Shown piece by piece: positions 61,227 to 64,000 of a stretch of 64,000 bases of DNA. Position numbers and translations under genes: made by a program. The notes under the pieces were generated by a model, which was given only the letters and a program-made list of their open reading frames with translations, made no database searches and had not been told where the DNA came from. Source of the DNA: Convolutriloba macropyga (lineage: Eukaryota); contig NC_134470.1 in the NCBI RefSeq assembly GCF_964194025.1, positions 38,502,001 to 38,566,000 on the forward strand, written 5' to 3'. The stretch's first letter is position 1, and the number at the start of each line of letters is the position of its first letter.

Positions 61227-64000
61227 ACAGTGTTGTTCTTTCTTATACATTTTATCAATTTAAATCCATTGTACGCTTGTGAACATGTGATGTGATTGTA
61301 ATAAAGTTTTGTCAAGTTGATGAGTCCACTGAAGTAATCAGTCTTGAAAGGAAGCCTGACCCGGTTATTAAAGTTCCAGCTGAGCATTTAAAAGTTTTCT
61401 GATATATTTCGCAAGGTGTTGACCAGATCGGCTGACAACCCTTGATGAAAAAACTAAGCAAGGTTTACTCTCCTGATATATAGAAACACCTGGAATTGCT
61501 TGAAATTGCTTTTGTTCTAGCACTTCTGATTAAATGACTTTCATGTCATTGCTATCAATAGTATTTTTTTAGTGTATCAGTGTAAACATCCATTTAAGGA
61601 GACCAATACAACGTTATAAACCTAATGCCTCATCAGAATCAGAGGTCTAATTTGATCCATTTTTATTCCAGTTAACCCTTAGCTAAGTTGAATATTTCGT
61701 TTTCTTTTTTATCAGTTGTTTGAGATATTCCTTATTAACTGCACAGCCTCTGAAAAGCAAAATTAGTAATAGTCATACATGGTAAATATGTGATTTATAA
61801 ATTATAAATTACAACAATAATATGTTTGTTCGAAAAACGTTTTATAGAAAACTCATTATGTAGAATTAGGTTATTCTCAACACAATGTTATTCAGCATAA
61901 TTAAAAGTGTATTAGAAGTGTAGAATTTTGTGTCTTGTATTTAGTCTTATTGAGCAATGTTTGCTATCAAGTACCTTGAAACGTCAACATCAAATTGATG
62001 ACTTATCGTAAAAGAAAAAAAGACACAGCTTCATTTTCCAATTTGCTATCTGTTAGGTTTTTTCTTATATTGTGATGAAAAACTTAATGAGAAATGTTCT
62101 ACACGAGACCAATTATCTATCTTAATGCGCTGCTGTTTTACTTCAAATCTTAAAACGTGTAAAATGTATTACCTATCTTTATACATTACTGTCAAAATCA
62201 AATCTTAATAAAAGTAAAATCTATTACCTATCTGTATACATTGCTCCCATAACTCTAATGTTAATACATGTAAAATCTATTACCTATCTCTATAGATTGC
62301 TGCGATAACTCAATGATGATGAAAATGATTTGAAATCGCTATAGCCTATTTTAAAACATGTGGGTCATCACCCCCCCCCCCCCGCCCCCTCGGGCAGCTC
62401 CGTCCCTCTATATACTACTGACGGTAGTTGGTTAAAATTCAATTCTGAAATAAATTAAATTTATAATAAAAGATTTTTTTGTGTCAGTGTATTCATTGAC
62501 GATTGAGTGGACGCCTCTTGATCGAAGGAATTTTTGGGTATCAGTTTTTTTAGAGGTTTTTATTTTATCAAGCCTTTTTGAGAAATATGACAAAATCGAG
62601 ACATCTTTTTTGGACTCGAAGAGTAATAATAGCGAAGTGTCTTTTTTCAAATGCGTGCATTACTCTGGAGAGTGGCTTGTTTGTTGAACAAAATTGGAGA
62701 GTGGATCGAAAAGAGAGTGGATTGTTTCTTCATACTTATTTGTCTGAAAAATTTTCTGTAAGCGATCGAAATTTTGTTTTCACATGCGGCTTTTTTTTAC
62801 TATTTTTTCCCTGTTTGAATGAGCTATATTTAAAATTTAAAACCTGTTTTGATACCTTTTTCAAGTTTTTTTTGTGTTTGATATGACTTTTATGCTAATT
62901 TGGATGTCTTTCAGCCATATTGCAGTTTTATGCAACTTAAACCTTTGCCAATTGTTTTGTTTCGTTGCATTCATTGATGATTCAATAAATGCTTTTTATT
63001 CGAAGGAATTCTTGGTGCTATTATTTTGAACTTTTGATTTTATCAAACATTATTTTGTTGAAGAATGTGACAGCATAAGTGAGAAATTTGATACTTTTTC
63101 GTTCAATTTTTTGTTCTTCGATTAATGTTCAAAATTAGACTGGTTTATGGGCCTGATATTGCTTTCCTCTTGTTTTCTGAGTATTTTCATGATAACGATT
63201 TAATTGAAGAAAGTTCTTTGTTTATATGTGCGCTTCTATTTACTGAGAAAATAATTGAATTGTCCTGTTTTTTGTTCCGTTGGGTTTTTGGGTCAACTTT
63301 TTCCTTAAATTGCCTACTTTTAAAAAACTTCTCATGAGTACTGTCCGCCTATATTAATATTTTGACAAGATTTGGTTTTGTAAGAGACGACGTTTCGATT
63401 CGTTTCAGGAAGGAATGCCTCACGCTATGTTTTATACAATTCAAAAAGTTCGATTTGCATTTGAGCGCTGTCTTTTTGATATGTGCACAAATTTTCATGA
63501 TTTTGGAGTCGTGAATTTGTCCTCGCCGAAGTATGAAGTAGAGCAAAAAACTGAGTATTGTTGTGGCGTGGAACTTTTTCACCCGAATATTAAAGTAGAT
63601 TGAGAAAACGGTGTTTCGCGTTCTCTGTGGTTTTTTTTCGCATGCGGCAATTGGACTTTGATTTTTACTTTTTCAATTTTTTGATCGGATTGCTTTTTAA
63701 ATAGTTTGTCCTATCCCTTGTCCACTTTGGGTCTCGTTTGGTCAGTTAAACTTCTATGAATTGTAATTTGGGACTTGTCCTGCTATGTTTTTTTTACAAT
63801 CCAAACTGTTTGGATTGCATTGGTTCGCTGTTTTCTAAGATCTGCTGACACATTTTCTTGATTTTTGGAGTCGTGATTTTGGCCTTGCCGAAGCAGAGAA
63901 AAAGAATTGAGTGGTTTTGTGGCGTGAAATTTTTACTCAGATTTTGAGTTGAAGTGAGAAAACGGAATTTGAACAAAAATCTTTAATTCATTTTGTTGAA

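Larger units (their letters stand above)
59137..62419 (+). mobile_element. Polinton/Maverick remnant retaining its right terminus
   Basis: pPolB pseudogene, ~57-bp subterminal repeats (62155-62312) and a C-rich tract. The end ...ccctctatatACTACT at 62419 reads AGTAGTATATAGAGGG on the minus strand, the usual Polinton terminus. Confidence 0.85.

Overview
AT-rich eukaryotic (most likely invertebrate animal) genomic DNA with spliceosomal introns and one assembly gap. It holds three host genes on the + strand. (1) The last three exons of fructose-1,6-bisphosphatase (3855-5048). (2) A two-exon ~689-aa protein (12488-19181) with an N-terminal dsRBD-like domain, a long Ser/acidic disordered region and a C-terminal RDPRL motif. 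(3) A three-exon secreted phospholipase B1-like GDSL lipase (45835-51918). Most of the rest is transposon debris: two CR1/L2-group LINEs, a partly duplicated CRE-clade retroposon, a Gypsy env-like fragment, tRNA-derived SINEs, several Helentron-like non-autonomous families, and a Polinton remnant with pPolB and an AGTAGT terminus. The main finding is a decayed ~13.4-kb CACTA/EnSpm-type DNA transposon on the - strand (~22200-35646, starting CACTAC). By manual translation across stops and frameshifts, its transposase appears to carry an N-terminal SUV4-20-like SET domain. It also carries two paralogous BEN-like genes, one amplified in a 1.87-kb tandem array, and an SGNH hydrolase gene, which together suggest a chromatin-modifying cargo. 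All domain calls come from motif recognition by eye; no database searches were run.
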